Assembly (NCBI GenBank): GCA_034110505.1
Contig: JAWUZB010000031.1
Span: 4,809-68,808 of the forward strand
Direction of reading: 5' to 3'
Origin: Gammaproteobacteria bacterium
GTDB taxonomy: Bacteria; Pseudomonadota; Gammaproteobacteria; Arenicellales; Arenicellaceae
DNA: 64,000 bases
Positions 38,883-50,077 of the stretch are shown here, piece by piece; position 1 is the stretch's first letter, and each line of letters starts with the position of its first letter. The translations under genes and the position numbers were made by a program. The notes beneath the pieces were generated by a model. The model saw only the letters and a program-made list of their open reading frames with translations, searched no databases and had not been told where the DNA came from.

Positions 38883-41621
38883 ATGGGCAAGTCTTTAGTC
38901 ATAGTCGAGTCGCCAGCAAAGGCCAAAACGATCAATAAATATCTCGGCGACAATTACATTGTGAAATCCAGTGTCGGTCATATTCGAGACTTGCCAACCA
39001 GTGGCGGCGATAAAAAGCCTATCGATTCGAAGGAGCGAGCGCGTCAATCGGCGATTACACGTAAGCTCTCTCCTGCACAAAAAATAATTCATCGACAGAA
39101 GAAAAGTAAGATCCAGCTAATCAATCGAATGGGTATTAACCCTGAGAAAAACTGGGAAGCACGTTACGAAATTCTGCCAGGTAAAGAAAAGGTCGTTGAT
39201 GAGCTGGTAAAGCTAGCCAAGGACGCCGACATTATTTATCTCGCAACGGATATGGACAGAGAAGGTGAAGCGATCGCGTGGCATCTTCAAGAAGCCATTG
39301 GTGGCGATCCATCACGTTATCGTCGAGTTGTATTTAACGAAATTACCGAAACAGCAATTCACGCGGCGTTTGAAAACCCAGGCCCAGTTGATATGGCCCG
39401 AGTACAGGCTCAGCAAGCGCGACGATTCTTGGATCGTGTTGTTGGCTACATGGTGTCGCCTTTATTGTGGGCCAAAATTGCCCGCGGCTTATCCGCTGGT
39501 CGAGTTCAGTCGGTTTCGTTGAGGCTAGTGGTTGAACGCGAGCATGACATCCGCGCATTTAATCCCGAAGAATACTGGGATTTATTTGCTGACTTAAAAA
39601 GTAAGGCAAAAGACCTTATGAACTTTGAAGTTCGCAAATTTAAGGGCGAGAATTTTAAGCCTGTTACCAAGCAAGAGACCGATGTTGCTGTTCTGTATCT
39701 TGATTCAGCTGAGTATAAAATTGCTGAAATTAATGAGCGGCCGACCTCAACTAAGCCAACGGCGCCCTATATAACGTCGACCCTGCAGCAAGCCGCGAGC
39801 ACGCGTTTAGGGTTTGGTGTTAAGAAAACCATGATGCTGGCTCAGCGGCTATACGAAGCTGGCTACATCACTTATATGCGTACAGATTCGACTAATCTTA
39901 GTAAAGGCGCTGTGGCTGAATGCCGTGACTTTGTCGAAGCTGAATACGGTAAAAAATATCTACCCGCGTCACCCCAATCATATTCAAGTAAAGACGGCGC
40001 TCAAGAAGCGCATGAAGCGATTCGCCCATCGGATGTGAAAGTTAAGCCAACTCAAGTTGCCAACGTTGATCGCGATGCTGAACGCTTATATACACTGATT
40101 TGGCGTCAATTTGTCGCCTGTCAGATGGTGCCAGCTAAGTTTCTAAGCACCAGTGTGGCGATTCATGCAGGTGACTATGAGTTGCGTACTCGAGGCCGTG
40201 TAATCGTGTTTGACGGTTATCAACGAGTCCAGCCTGTGCAGGCCAAAAAAGACGATGACGGGGTTTTGCCGGCTATGACCGTTGGTGAAGTACTGAATTT
40301 AGAGACGCTTATTCCGACTCAACATTTCACCAAACCGCCAGCTCGTTACACTGAAGCTAGTTTGGTTAAAGAGTTAGAGAAACGTGGTATTGGCCGACCT
40401 TCGACCTACGCGGCGATTATCTCGACGATTCAAGATCGAGGTTATGTGCAAGTTGAAAAGCGTCGTTTTTATGCACAAAAAATGGGCGATATTGTTACCG
40501 AACGTTTGGTCGAAAGCTTTTCAGAGCTGATGGATTATAACTTTACCGCTACCATGGAAGACCGCTTAGACGATGTTGCCAAAGGGCGGTTGCAATGGCG
40601 CGATCTATTAGATAGCTTCTACGCCGATTTTTCTGCCACCTTGCTTAAGGCGCAAAATGATGATGACGGCGGAATGCGGTCTAATAGTCCGACCGAAACC
40701 GACATAGGGTGTAGCACCTGCGGACTCCCGATGCAGATCCGCACGGGTAGCACAGGCGTGTTCCTTGGCTGTTCGGGTTATTCATTGCCGCCCAAGGAAC
40801 GATGTAAATCGACCATGAACTTAGTGCCCGGTGATGAGGCTGTTAATGTAGATGAAGACGACGAGGCAGAAGCCAAGTTGCTAATCAGTAAGCATCACTG
40901 CAGTATTTGCAGCACCGCAATGGACAGTTATCTTTTAGACGAGACTCGTAAGCTGCATATCTGTGGCAGTAACCCCGATTGCTCTGGTTTCGAAGTTGAG
41001 ATGGGGTCTTACAAGATTAAGGGCTATGAAGGTCCAGTGCTTGAGTGCGATAAGTGCGAGAGTGAGATGCAGTTAAAGAACGGCCGTTTTGGTAAATACT
41101 TTGGTTGCACTAACGAAGAATGCAAGAATACTCGCAAGCTTTTACGTAATGGCGAGGCTGCGCCTCCGAAGATGGATCCAGTGCAAATGCCTGAACTTCG
41201 TTGCCTCAAGGTTGACGACCATTATGTGCTGCGCGATGGTGCCTCAGGCATGTTTTTAGCGGCAAGCGGTTTTCCTAAGAATCGAGAAACTCGTGCGCCT
41301 TTAGTGGCTGAAATTTTGCCACACAAAGATGAAATTGACAGCAAATACGAATTCTTATTCAAAGCGCCCGTCGCAGACGAAGATGGTTTGCCAACAATTA
41401 TTCGCTATAGTCGTAAGACTAAAGAAATATACGTGCAGTCTGAAGAAGAGGGTAAAGCGACTGGCTGGAAGGCGTTTTATGAAGGTGGTAAATGGGTCGT
41501 TACTGGCACTAAGACGGTAAAGAAAAAAGCTAAAAAGAAAGTTGCCAAGAAAAAAGCCAAGAAAAAAGTCAGTAAGAAAAAGGTCTCCAAAAAGAAGGTC
41601 GTGAAAAAGACGATACCTTAG
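38883..41621 (+). CDS. topA: DNA topoisomerase I with zinc ribbons and a Lys-rich tail
   Basis: [43 protein letters not shown]4 zinc-ribbon repeats. Confidence 0.98.
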   Translation: MGKSLVIVESPAKAKTINKYLGDNYIVKSSVGHIRDLPTSGGDKKPIDSKERARQSAITRKLSPAQKIIHRQKKSKIQLINRMGINPEKNWEARYEILPGKEKVVDELVKLAKDADIIYLATDMDREGEAIAWHLQEAIGGDPSRYRRVVFNEITETAIHAAFENPGPVDMARVQAQQARRFLDRVVGYMVSPLLWAKIARGLSAGRVQSVSLRLVVEREHDIRAFNPEEYWDLFADLKSKAKDLMNFEVRKFKGENFKPVTKQETDVAVLYLDSAEYKIAEINERPTSTKPTAPYITSTLQQAASTRLGFGVKKTMMLAQRLYEAGYITYMRTDSTNLSKGAVAECRDFVEAEYGKKYLPASPQSYSSKDGAQEAHEAIRPSDVKVKPTQVANVDRDAERLYTLIWRQFVACQMVPAKFLSTSVAIHAGDYELRTRGRVIVFDGYQRVQPVQAKKDDDGVLPAMTVGEVLNLETLIPTQHFTKPPARYTEASLVKELEKRGIGRPSTYAAIISTIQDRGYVQVEKRRFYAQKMGDIVTERLVESFSELMDYNFTATMEDRLDDVAKGRLQWRDLLDSFYADFSATLLKAQNDDDGGMRSNSPTETDIGCSTCGLPMQIRTGSTGVFLGCSGYSLPPKERCKSTMNLVPGDEAVNVDEDDEAEAKLLISKHHCSICSTAMDSYLLDETRKLHICGSNPDCSGFEVEMGSYKIKGYEGPVLECDKCESEMQLKNGRFGKYFGCTNEECKNTRKLLRNGEAAPPKMDPVQMPELRCLKVDDHYVLRDGASGMFLAASGFPKNRETRAPLVAEILPHKDEIDSKYEFLFKAPVADEDGLPTIIRYSRKTKEIYVQSEEEGKATGWKAFYEGGKWVVTGTKTVKKKAKKKVAKKKAKKKVSKKKVSKKKVVKKTIP

Positions 41622-41680
41622 CGGGCTTTATTCGTATTTAGCCTCTGGTTCGAATCAGAGATAAGTCGGTCTTGTCGTTA

Positions 41681-41723
41681 AAAAAGCATAATAAAGGCGC
41701 CTATCTTGGCGTCTTTTTTATGC
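41681..41723. terminator. Bidirectional terminator between topA and mrcA
   Basis: aaaggcgcc-tatctt-ggcgtctttttt with outer gcata/tatgc arms. Confidence 0.7.
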
Positions 41724-41760
41724 CCGAGGTTACTAGTTATTTTTACCTTCTTTTGGTTAG

Positions 41761-44526
41761 TTAAAACAGACCCTCGGTATCTTCTTGCTCCTCAATGATC
41801 CTATCTTGCTGTTTTAGCTCGCTGGGTACTTGCTCGATATCATCCTCCAAGAGCGCTTCGAAATCGTCTTCAAGGCCTTCTGTGATATCGCTATTTATAT
41901 CGTTAACGTCCTCTAATTCAGTCTCTGAACCGGCATAAAGGTTCTGCAATAGCATGAACTCTGGAGTAAGCTCTTCGATTATGAAGTATTCTTGGATTGC
42001 GTTAACGTCAAGCTCGTCTGTGCGAACCCCACTATCGCGATCAATGAAGCTAGGCTCGATATATTCTGGCAGTTCGATCGAGTCTTCAGGCACGCCATCA
42101 AGCGCCACTCGCATGTAATCAACCCAGATAGGTAGGGCGGTTAAGCTGCCGGCTTCACCGCGCCCCATCGTCGCGGGGTTATCGAAACCGACCCAAACGG
42201 TGGTGGCGACTTTCGAGTTAAAGCCGGTAAACCAAGCGTCTATATAGTCATTGGTCGTACCCGTTTTTCCCGCCAGATCTTGTCGGTTCAATACCAATGC
42301 TTTTCGTGCGGTACCGCGTCTCACAACATCTTTCATCATACTGACGGTAAGAAAATTATTCGCATGAGACATAACCCGCGGGGCTTCGTAACTTCGGGGC
42401 AGGCCTAAGTCAATGGGCTCTTGCTGAGGCTCTTCTGATGCGTCTTGATCGCTTACTATGGTCTCGTCATCGACGCCATCAGTTGCTGTTGAAGACGTAT
42501 CAATATCTGCGTCAGGACTTGGGTCAAGGCTTGCATCAATGTTCTGGTCGATCGCCTCAGGCTTAGGCAGATACTGCGCATAGCACTGGTCGCATGGTGT
42601 CGGTGTTGCGGCTACAAAAATGGTATTACCGGCGCGATCACTTATTCGCTCTATAAAATAGGGCTCTACTTTATAGCCGCCGTTAGCAAGCACACTATAG
42701 GCACCGAGCATTTCCATTGGTTTTACCCCACCCGAGCCCAGCGCCATGGTAAGCGAGGCCGAAAAGCGGTTCATGTCAAGACCAAACCGTTCTAGGTACT
42801 GTCGCGCGTATGGTATTCCGATCGCCCTGAGTATTCGAATTGATACTAGGTTCATCGATTTGCTAAGCGCCTCTCGCATTCGGGTAGGCCCGAAAAACGT
42901 ACCACTGTAATTTTCTGGACGCCACAGCGTGCCATGGGCCGGATCTCTAATGACAATCGAGCTGCCGTTGATCAAGCTAGCCGGAGTGAAGCCTTGATCA
43001 AGTGATGCGGAATAGATAAAAGGTTTGATGTTTGAACCCGGTTGGCGTATCGATTGGGTTGCGCGGTTATACTTGTTTAGGAAAAAATCGTAGCCTCCAA
43101 CTAGCGACAGAACTTTGCCGGATTGAGGTTCAATTGAGATAAGCGCGCCACTCACATTGGGTATCTGTGAAAGCTTCCAGCTGAGAGCTAGGGTTGCCCC
43201 CGTAATCGTTTGATCGACGCCGTTTTCAGCATCAACTTCTTGTGGTTGAATGTAGATTACATCGCCAGCAGCCATTAGGTCTGACATTTTCTTCGGGCGA
43301 TCTCCAAGCAGGTTCGCAGTTTTATGTCGCTTTGCCCACATCGAGCTTGCCAGGTCTACATTTACCGTACCAAAGTCGCGAGTCCAGACTTGAGAATTAT
43401 CATCCGCCACCTCTAATACAATCGCAGGAACTTGCTCGTGACTGCTCGGATACGACAGTAAAGCAGCCTCAAAAGCGCTATCGAGGGCTGCATTTTGGTC
43501 ACCGTTCGACGCTACAGAATCGCCTTGTTGGGTAATCGGTTCTAATTTTATTTTGCCCACAATTCCGCGGAATCCATGACGCCTGTCATAGGCTTGCAGG
43601 CCCTTTCGTAAAGATGCTTCAGCAGCAACCTGCTGCTTCGATAAGATCGTTGTGTATACATTTAAGCCTTGCCAGTAGGCGTCTTCACCATACTGCTCGG
43701 TCAGCTGAGCGCGAACCATTTCGGCTATATGCGGCGCTACTAAGTCGGCTTGTCGGCCATGTCGCTTAGCCGTTATCGGTTCCGCCAGAGCTTCTTGATA
43801 GTCTTCTTGGCTTATCTTTCTGAGCTCGTATAATCGGCCTAGCACATAGTTTCTGCGTATTAAGGCACGTTCAGGGTTACGTAACGGATTGTACGACGAC
43901 GGGGCCTTAGGTAGGCCGGCAAGCATGGCTATTTGTGCTGTACTTAACTGATCCAGCTCTCTGTCGTAGTAAACCTCGGCGGCGGCACCAAATCCATAAG
44001 CTCGGTGGCCTAAAAATATTTTATTCAAATAGAGCGATAAAATCTCTTCTTTTGAGAGTATTTGTTCGAGCCTAAATGAGAGTAATACTTCTTTTAACTT
44101 ACGCTCATATGTTTTGTCACGACTTAAAAAGAAGTTGCGTGCAACCTGCATGGTGATGGTGCTCGCGCCTTGTCCTGAGCTACTCGATCGAAAATTTGAA
44201 AGCGCGGCCCTGAACAGGCCTTTAAAGTCGACGCCGCTGTGCTCAAAAAAACCGTCGTCTTCGCTTGCAAGCACTGAGTCTATTAGCTTTTGCGGGGTGT
44301 CTTGATACGAAATAGGTTTGCGGCGTTCATTGCCAAACTCGGAGATCAAAAGGTTGTCGGCCGAATAAACCCGAAGCGGCACCTTGAGCTCGATGCTCTT
44401 TATGCTTTGTGCATTAGGTAGCTCTCGACTAAATTGTACGATTAAAAACCCGGCGATTATGAATCCGAGCATAAACGCGCCGCTGAACAATGCGGTGAGC
44501 GATAACAACAGTTGCGATTTTTTCAA
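41761..44526 (-). CDS. mrcA: Penicillin-binding protein 1A
   Basis: Transglycosylase motifs EDDGFFEHSG, GASTITMQVARN, RKLKE; transpeptidase motifs SNIK, SMN, KTG; divergent from pilM. Confidence 0.96.
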   Translation of the reverse strand: MKKSQLLLSLTALFSGAFMLGFIIAGFLIVQFSRELPNAQSIKSIELKVPLRVYSADNLLISEFGNERRKPISYQDTPQKLIDSVLASEDDGFFEHSGVDFKGLFRAALSNFRSSSSGQGASTITMQVARNFFLSRDKTYERKLKEVLLSFRLEQILSKEEILSLYLNKIFLGHRAYGFGAAAEVYYDRELDQLSTAQIAMLAGLPKAPSSYNPLRNPERALIRRNYVLGRLYELRKISQEDYQEALAEPITAKRHGRQADLVAPHIAEMVRAQLTEQYGEDAYWQGLNVYTTILSKQQVAAEASLRKGLQAYDRRHGFRGIVGKIKLEPITQQGDSVASNGDQNAALDSAFEAALLSYPSSHEQVPAIVLEVADDNSQVWTRDFGTVNVDLASSMWAKRHKTANLLGDRPKKMSDLMAAGDVIYIQPQEVDAENGVDQTITGATLALSWKLSQIPNVSGALISIEPQSGKVLSLVGGYDFFLNKYNRATQSIRQPGSNIKPFIYSASLDQGFTPASLINGSSIVIRDPAHGTLWRPENYSGTFFGPTRMREALSKSMNLVSIRILRAIGIPYARQYLERFGLDMNRFSASLTMALGSGGVKPMEMLGAYSVLANGGYKVEPYFIERISDRAGNTIFVAATPTPCDQCYAQYLPKPEAIDQNIDASLDPSPDADIDTSSTATDGVDDETIVSDQDASEEPQQEPIDLGLPRSYEAPRVMSHANNFLTVSMMKDVVRRGTARKALVLNRQDLAGKTGTTNDYIDAWFTGFNSKVATTVWVGFDNPATMGRGEAGSLTALPIWVDYMRVALDGVPEDSIELPEYIEPSFIDRDSGVRTDELDVNAIQEYFIIEELTPEFMLLQNLYAGSETELEDVNDINSDITEGLEDDFEALLEDDIEQVPSELKQQDRIIEEQEDTEGLF

Positions 44527-44677
44527 AATGCTAGATTCTGATTAGTTAGCCAAAAACGATAATATATGAAATGTTAGATTTCCTAAATAGAAACGTGGCA
44601 TTATTGCTCTGGGTTGGTTAAACTTTAAGGTAAGTAATTATAATAATGATATAAATAGCGGTTTTTATGGAGGTTTC

Positions 44678-45727
44678 TTGAAACTGTTTACCAAAAAATC
44701 TAAGGCAGTCATCGGCATTGATATCGGTACACATTCGATAAAATTAGTCGAGCTTGCTGGAACGAAAGCGAGCCCTCGAGTGGTAGCTTGGGCTGTTGTC
44801 CCATTACCAGCCGGAGCTTTCTCTGAAAATGCAATTGCCAATTCTGAGTTAGTGTCCGACGCGCTCAATCAAGCGATGGTTAAGTCTGGTGCCAAAGGTG
44901 AGTCAGCCGCGGTAGCGGTCTCGGCTAGTCACGCCATCACTAAAGTGCTTGGTATGCCGTCTGATATCAGTGAGCTCGAATTAGAAGAGCAGATCAGTAT
45001 TGAGGCATTGCATTTCATTCCCTACCCAATTGACGAAGTTAATCTCGATTTTGAAATTATCGGTAAGACGTCGGGCCGTGAGGATGAGAATGACGTGCTG
45101 CTGGTGGCCTGTCGCCGAAGCATTGTCGATGATTATATCGATTTAGTTGAAAGTTCATCGTTACAACTTGAATACGTCGACATCGATACTTATGCACTTG
45201 AGCGTGTTTATCGATCGCAAAACTCTCTAGGTGCTCAGTCCGAACAGCCAGTCGCGGTATTTGATATTGGTTCCTCGAGTAGTCATTTGGTGGTGCTGGA
45301 CGATAACCGTGTACTGTATTCGAGACATCAAAACTTCGGATCGTCTCAACTGATAAAGCTTATTCGTAAGGAATACGGTGTTTCCGCTGATGAAGCAGCA
45401 GAAATACTCGCTTCCTCACAACCTCCGGGTGATTTTCTCGCCGCCGTCCAAGAGCCTTTTGTCGAAATGTTACGTCAAGAAGTGAGCCGAGCGTTGCAGT
45501 TCTTCTACTCATCGAGTTCTTATTCAAACATTGATAGCGTTGTTTTATCTGGCGCATGTTGTGCCCTAGTCGGCCTAGCGGGTGATTTAGAGGTTAAGCT
45601 GCGCGCCAAGGTGTCGGTTTTAAACCCAATCTCAGGCGTCAACGTCCAGTCTAGTCGAGAAATGATCGCGCCATCAGCCCCCGCGCTTTCAGTCGCATAT
45701 GGGCTTTCTTTAAGAGGTCTCAGCTAA
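44678..45727 (+). CDS. pilM: Type IV pilus assembly protein PilM
   Basis: GIDIGTHSIKLVEL, IPYPIDEVNLDF, EVSRALQFF; GGAGG RBS before TTG. Confidence 0.95.
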   Translation: MKLFTKKSKAVIGIDIGTHSIKLVELAGTKASPRVVAWAVVPLPAGAFSENAIANSELVSDALNQAMVKSGAKGESAAVAVSASHAITKVLGMPSDISELELEEQISIEALHFIPYPIDEVNLDFEIIGKTSGREDENDVLLVACRRSIVDDYIDLVESSSLQLEYVDIDTYALERVYRSQNSLGAQSEQPVAVFDIGSSSSHLVVLDDNRVLYSRHQNFGSSQLIKLIRKEYGVSADEAAEILASSQPPGDFLAAVQEPFVEMLRQEVSRALQFFYSSSSYSNIDSVVLSGACCALVGLAGDLEVKLRAKVSVLNPISGVNVQSSREMIAPSAPALSVAYGLSLRGLS

Positions 45728-46308
45728 TGGCAAATATTAATCTTCTGCCTTGGCGTGAGGCGCAACGTAGCGAGCGCAACAAGATGACCTTGGTCATTTG
45801 CGCCGTGATGTGGGGTGCCGCATGCTTGTTGGTTTTAGCCGGCAAAGTATTCATGGATTCGCGTATTGATCACCAAATTTCTAGAAATGCTTTTGTGCAA
45901 TCTGAAATAGAATCGTTATCTGTAGTTATTCGTGAAATTGAAGACTTGAAAGAAAAGCGCGATGCATTGTTATCGAGAATGGACGTTATTCAAAACTTAC
46001 AAAAAAACCGTGCTCAAATTGTGCATGTTTTCGACGATTTAGTCAGTAAGCTTCCAAATGGCGTTTATTACGACACCATTACTAAATCGCAAAACAGTTT
46101 CGGTATTACCGGCAAAGCTCAGTCCAATGGACGCGTCTCAGCGCTAATGCGCAGTCTAGATGCGTCAGATTGGTTTGCCAATCCAACCCTTATGGTGGTC
46201 AATGTCATTGATCAGAACGGAGCATCAGTAAGCCAATTCGATGTTCTCGTTAAGGCGCAGCGTAAAGGTGAGACTGAAGATGCCAATGCTAGCGATACGG
46301 TTCGTTAG
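45727..46308 (+). CDS. pilN: Type IV pilus assembly protein PilN
   Basis: INLLPWRE motif, TM segment, SNGRVSALMR. Confidence 0.95.
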   Translation: MANINLLPWREAQRSERNKMTLVICAVMWGAACLLVLAGKVFMDSRIDHQISRNAFVQSEIESLSVVIREIEDLKEKRDALLSRMDVIQNLQKNRAQIVHVFDDLVSKLPNGVYYDTITKSQNSFGITGKAQSNGRVSALMRSLDASDWFANPTLMVVNVIDQNGASVSQFDVLVKAQRKGETEDANASDTVR

Positions 46309-46396
46309 CGCTATATCGGCTGATAGATAAAATTATAACGAACCAAGTTTAAGAGAAAGCTTAGATTATGAGACGATTACTAAAAAGAGGCACCCT

Positions 46397-46996
46397 ATGA
46401 GCCTTATAGATGAACTAAATGGTTTAGATGTTAATGACATCGGCTCATGGACTCGTCGCGTCAAGATATTTATGTCGGGCATTTTGTGCATCGTCATCGT
46501 TGGTGCTGGTTTCCATTTCATTATTCAAGATCAGAGAGTGATTCTTGAGGCTGAGCAAAAGAAAGAACCTGGTTTGAAAGACAGTTATTTAGAAAAAAAG
46601 GCTTTAGCGATAAACCTTGATGCTTATAAACAGCAAATGGTAGAGGCTGAAGAAACCTTTGGCGTTCTGTTGAAGCAACTCCCAAACGAGAGTGAAATCC
46701 CCGACCTACTAATCGATATGACACAAGTTGGTTTGTCTCGGGGACTGCAGTTTGAGCAAATTAAACCTGGCGTCAATACTGATAAAGATTTTTATGCTGA
46801 AAAAAACGTCAATATTATTGCTAACGGCACTTATCACCAAATAGCAGGTTTCGTCAGTGACGTTGCGGCACTGCCTAGAATTATTAATGTATCCGATTTT
46901 TCAGTACAGCGAATGTCGCCTAATTCAGAAAATTTACGCTTTAGAGCAACCACCAAGACTTACCATTATTTGGATGATTCGTATGTTACTGAATAA
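46397..46996 (+). CDS. pilO: Type IV pilus assembly protein PilO
   Basis: LLKQLPNESEIPDLL, FYAE, GTYHQIAGFVSDVAALPRI. Confidence 0.95.
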   Translation: MSLIDELNGLDVNDIGSWTRRVKIFMSGILCIVIVGAGFHFIIQDQRVILEAEQKKEPGLKDSYLEKKALAINLDAYKQQMVEAEETFGVLLKQLPNESEIPDLLIDMTQVGLSRGLQFEQIKPGVNTDKDFYAEKNVNIIANGTYHQIAGFVSDVAALPRIINVSDFSVQRMSPNSENLRFRATTKTYHYLDDSYVTE

Positions 46997-47522
46997 TTCA
47001 CGTAAGCGAATATCGTTGTTATTGGCGGCTTTGATGCTGCAAGGTTGTGTCGATAGCAATATGACCGATCTACGTAATTTTGTCGCTGATGCTTATAAGG
47101 ATAAAAAGCCAGAGATTGACCCGTTGCCAGAGATCCTGCCGTATAAAGGGTTTGAGTACGCGTCAACCGACAAGAACGAACCTTTTAATTTTGACAATAT
47201 TGTATCTAATAGTGATGGTCAGGCAACTACTTCAGGTAAACGACCTGATGCTAATCGAGTCAAAGAGCCGTTAGAGGAATATCCATTAGACGGATTGAAT
47301 ATGGTCGGAACGATCTCTCAAAAAGGGGTTCCATGGGTAATTGTTAAAACTACTCTAGGGACCGCTCATTTGGCGTCAATCGGCAATTATCTAGGCCAAA
47401 ATGACGGGAAAATAATTCAGATATTCCCAGAAGAGCAGCGTGTTGTACTAGTCGAAACCGTCGCCGACCCTGCAGGCCGATGGGTGACTAGAGACGTGGA
47501 AATAACAATAGATGAACAATAA
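46983..47522 (+). CDS. pilP: Type IV pilus lipoprotein PilP
   Basis: Lipobox LQGC, KEPLEEYPLDGLNMVGT, GNYLGQNDGKI; start at ATG 46983. Confidence 0.93.
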   Translation: MLLNNSRKRISLLLAALMLQGCVDSNMTDLRNFVADAYKDKKPEIDPLPEILPYKGFEYASTDKNEPFNFDNIVSNSDGQATTSGKRPDANRVKEPLEEYPLDGLNMVGTISQKGVPWVIVKTTLGTAHLASIGNYLGQNDGKIIQIFPEEQRVVLVETVADPAGRWVTRDVEITIDEQ

Positions 47523-49827
47523 TGATTCAGGAAGCAAAACTATGAGAGCAATTAAATTACCCAGGCGCTTCAAGACTTTGTGTGCTTCAGTGCTAATGCT
47601 GGCAGTCGCTAGTATTAACGCTGCTCACGCCCAGAGTGCTAATTTGACCGATGTAATTTTTAGCACTTTCAGTGGTGGAGATGTGCAGATCAATTTTCTG
47701 GCGGACGCTCAATTGGCAGAACCAGGGACTTTTAGCACTGATCGGCCGGCACGCATCGCAATTGATTTCTTCGGCATGAAAAGCTTGCTACCTGATCCAA
47801 AAACAGTGATCGGTATGGGCAAGGTAGAAAGTGTCGTTGCGGTTCAAACTCCTGACAGAACGCGCTTGATTATTAACCTGCTGGGTACAGCTAGATATAC
47901 GTTGTTGCCGATAGACAAAGGCTATTCGCTGACGGTTTATAATAAGCTGTCTGACGAAAGCCAGGTAACCGCACCAAAACCGTTTGCTACTAAACCCGAT
48001 ATCGTAGCATCTACAAGTGTGACAAATATCGATTTTCGTCGTTCAGAAGCGGGTGGTGGTAAGTTGATTATCGACTTAAACAGTGACGATGCAACTATAG
48101 ACACTCGCGAGCGCGATGGTGAAATAGTAATTGATTTGTTTGATGTAAATGTTCCAGCCGCACTTGAGCAGCGTCTAGATGTTACTGATTTTGCTACGCC
48201 AGTGCAGACCATTGATTCGTTCCAAAATGCCAATAATGTTCGTTTGGTTATCGTGCCAACGGGCAAATATCAGCATCTTTCGTTTCAGGCAGGTAAGCGA
48301 TTTACGTTAGTAGTTGATCCTATTATTGAGACAGAGGAAGACCTACGTGCTCAAGAAGACTTAGATTTAGGCTTCAATGGGGAGCGGTTATCTATTAACT
48401 TCCAAAAAATCGATGTTCGCTCTGCATTGGCCGTCATCGCAGACTTTACCGGTATCAATTTCGTCACCAGTGATTCAGTTCAAGGTGAGATTACAATCAA
48501 CTTAAAAGACGTGCCGTGGGATCAAGCGCTAGACGTGATCCTGCGAACCAAGGGTCTTGCCAAGCGGCAGACCGGTAATGTTGTGTGGGTAGCTCCCAGC
48601 TCGGAAATACAGAGAGTTGAAGAAGAAGAGCTGAAAGCCTTAGCCGTCGTCGAAGAATATGCACCCTTATCAACGGAAATCATTCAAATCAACTATGCTA
48701 AGGCGGCCGATATCGCAGCGGTGGTAAAGTCGGTTAAAGTGGTCAAGCAGGGCAACGTGACGTCAAGTGCCGGCCAGGGGGTGGCTGAACGGTCATCGTT
48801 GAACGTGACTGAAACGGATAAGAATTCTTTGCTCAGCGCTCGTGGCAGCGTCACGGTAGATGAGCGTACAAATAGTCTGCTGGTGCAAGACGTGCCTGAG
48901 AAAATTAAGCAATTGCGAAATGTTATCGCCAAGCTTGATAAACCAGTACGACAGGTATTAATTGAAACTCGAATTGTTGAAGCAAATGATAACTTTAGTC
49001 GTGAGTTGGGAGCCCGATTGGGATTTCAACGTGTAACCAACAACGCCAGATTTCCTGGCTCCAATAGCAGCAATATTGGCGATGTTGTCAGCGGCGGCAC
49101 CTTAAATGGTAATACGGTTACCCAAGATTCAATAAATAATCGAATACAGAACCCGGAAGACCCGCTTGTATTTGCGCGAGATGGCGGCTTAGCTGTGGAC
49201 CTAGGAGCAAATACTATCGGCGGTACCAACCCCGCATCCTACGCGTTTGATATCTTTAGAACCGGCCGAGGCTTCGCGCACTTGATTAGCCTTGAGCTTT
49301 CAGCATTAGAGGCCGACGGTCGTGGGCGAGTGGTTGCTAGCCCTAGATTGATTACCTCAAACCAGAAAGAAGCGGTTATTAGTCAAGGTCGATCTATCTA
49401 CATTACTGTGCCTGGCAACGGTGCCGGAGCGAGTGGTGGCGATGAAGGTGGCGGTACAGGTGGTGGTGGCGTAGAAGAAATTCAAGTTGAACTCAGACTC
49501 ACAGTGACACCGCAGATAACGCCAGACGATAGAGTGATAATGGATGTCGACATTAAGCAAGATAACGTCATTACCTTATCCGCCGATGTTAATGTTGTTG
49601 GAACCAAAGAGATCCAAACTCAAATATTAGCTGACAATGGCGAAACGGTTGTAATCGGAGGCATATATCAACAAGAGGAAAGCGAAGGTGAAACCAAAGT
49701 TCCTTTTCTTGGTGATATTCCGTTTCTAGGCAATTTGTTCAAGCAAAAGTCAAAGCGTTCTGATCGTACTGAACTTTTGATCTTTTTAACGCCAAAAATC
49801 ATTACACCAAAGTTGAATTTGGGTTAA
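47512..49827 (+). CDS. pilQ: Type IV pilus secretin PilQ (start 47512 or 47542)
   Basis: AMIN-like N-domains, LKDVPWDQALD, QVLIETRIVEA, GETVVIGGIY, KVPFLGDIPFLGNLF, ELLIFLTPKI. Confidence 0.97.
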   Translation: MNNNDSGSKTMRAIKLPRRFKTLCASVLMLAVASINAAHAQSANLTDVIFSTFSGGDVQINFLADAQLAEPGTFSTDRPARIAIDFFGMKSLLPDPKTVIGMGKVESVVAVQTPDRTRLIINLLGTARYTLLPIDKGYSLTVYNKLSDESQVTAPKPFATKPDIVASTSVTNIDFRRSEAGGGKLIIDLNSDDATIDTRERDGEIVIDLFDVNVPAALEQRLDVTDFATPVQTIDSFQNANNVRLVIVPTGKYQHLSFQAGKRFTLVVDPIIETEEDLRAQEDLDLGFNGERLSINFQKIDVRSALAVIADFTGINFVTSDSVQGEITINLKDVPWDQALDVILRTKGLAKRQTGNVVWVAPSSEIQRVEEEELKALAVVEEYAPLSTEIIQINYAKAADIAAVVKSVKVVKQGNVTSSAGQGVAERSSLNVTETDKNSLLSARGSVTVDERTNSLLVQDVPEKIKQLRNVIAKLDKPVRQVLIETRIVEANDNFSRELGARLGFQRVTNNARFPGSNSSNIGDVVSGGTLNGNTVTQDSINNRIQNPEDPLVFARDGGLAVDLGANTIGGTNPASYAFDIFRTGRGFAHLISLELSALEADGRGRVVASPRLITSNQKEAVISQGRSIYITVPGNGAGASGGDEGGGTGGGGVEEIQVELRLTVTPQITPDDRVIMDVDIKQDNVITLSADVNVVGTKEIQTQILADNGETVVIGGIYQQEESEGETKVPFLGDIPFLGNLFKQKSKRSDRTELLIFLTPKIITPKLNLG

Positions 49828-49870
49828 TCGTCTCTATATTAAGATTCAACCTTAAAAAGGGCTAATTAAG

Positions 49871-49898
49871 TAAAAGCAGGGGCATGCCCCTGCTTTTA
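49871..49898. terminator. Perfect 28-bp palindrome, rho-independent terminator after pilQ
   Basis: taaaagcaggggca|tgcccctgctttta. Confidence 0.85.
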
Positions 49899-50077
49899 TG
49901 ATTTTAAGCTCCAGTTAAAAACCGGGTTACTTGATTTTCTGCCAAGCTAAATAGAGTGGGATATACACTTTGTTCAGCTTTTTAGTTAATAAAGAGTATG
50001 ATGCTGCGCCTGTTCTTAGTTTGTTTTATCGAGAGCAATGAGCAGTTAAATTCATAAAGATATAAATAGAAGAAATA

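Noticed and set aside
25270-41621. def-fmt-rsmB-DUF4390-ntrY-ntrX-trkAH and LysM-dprA-smg-topA as a novel system
   Set aside because: This is a well-known conserved gene order in beta- and gammaproteobacteria.
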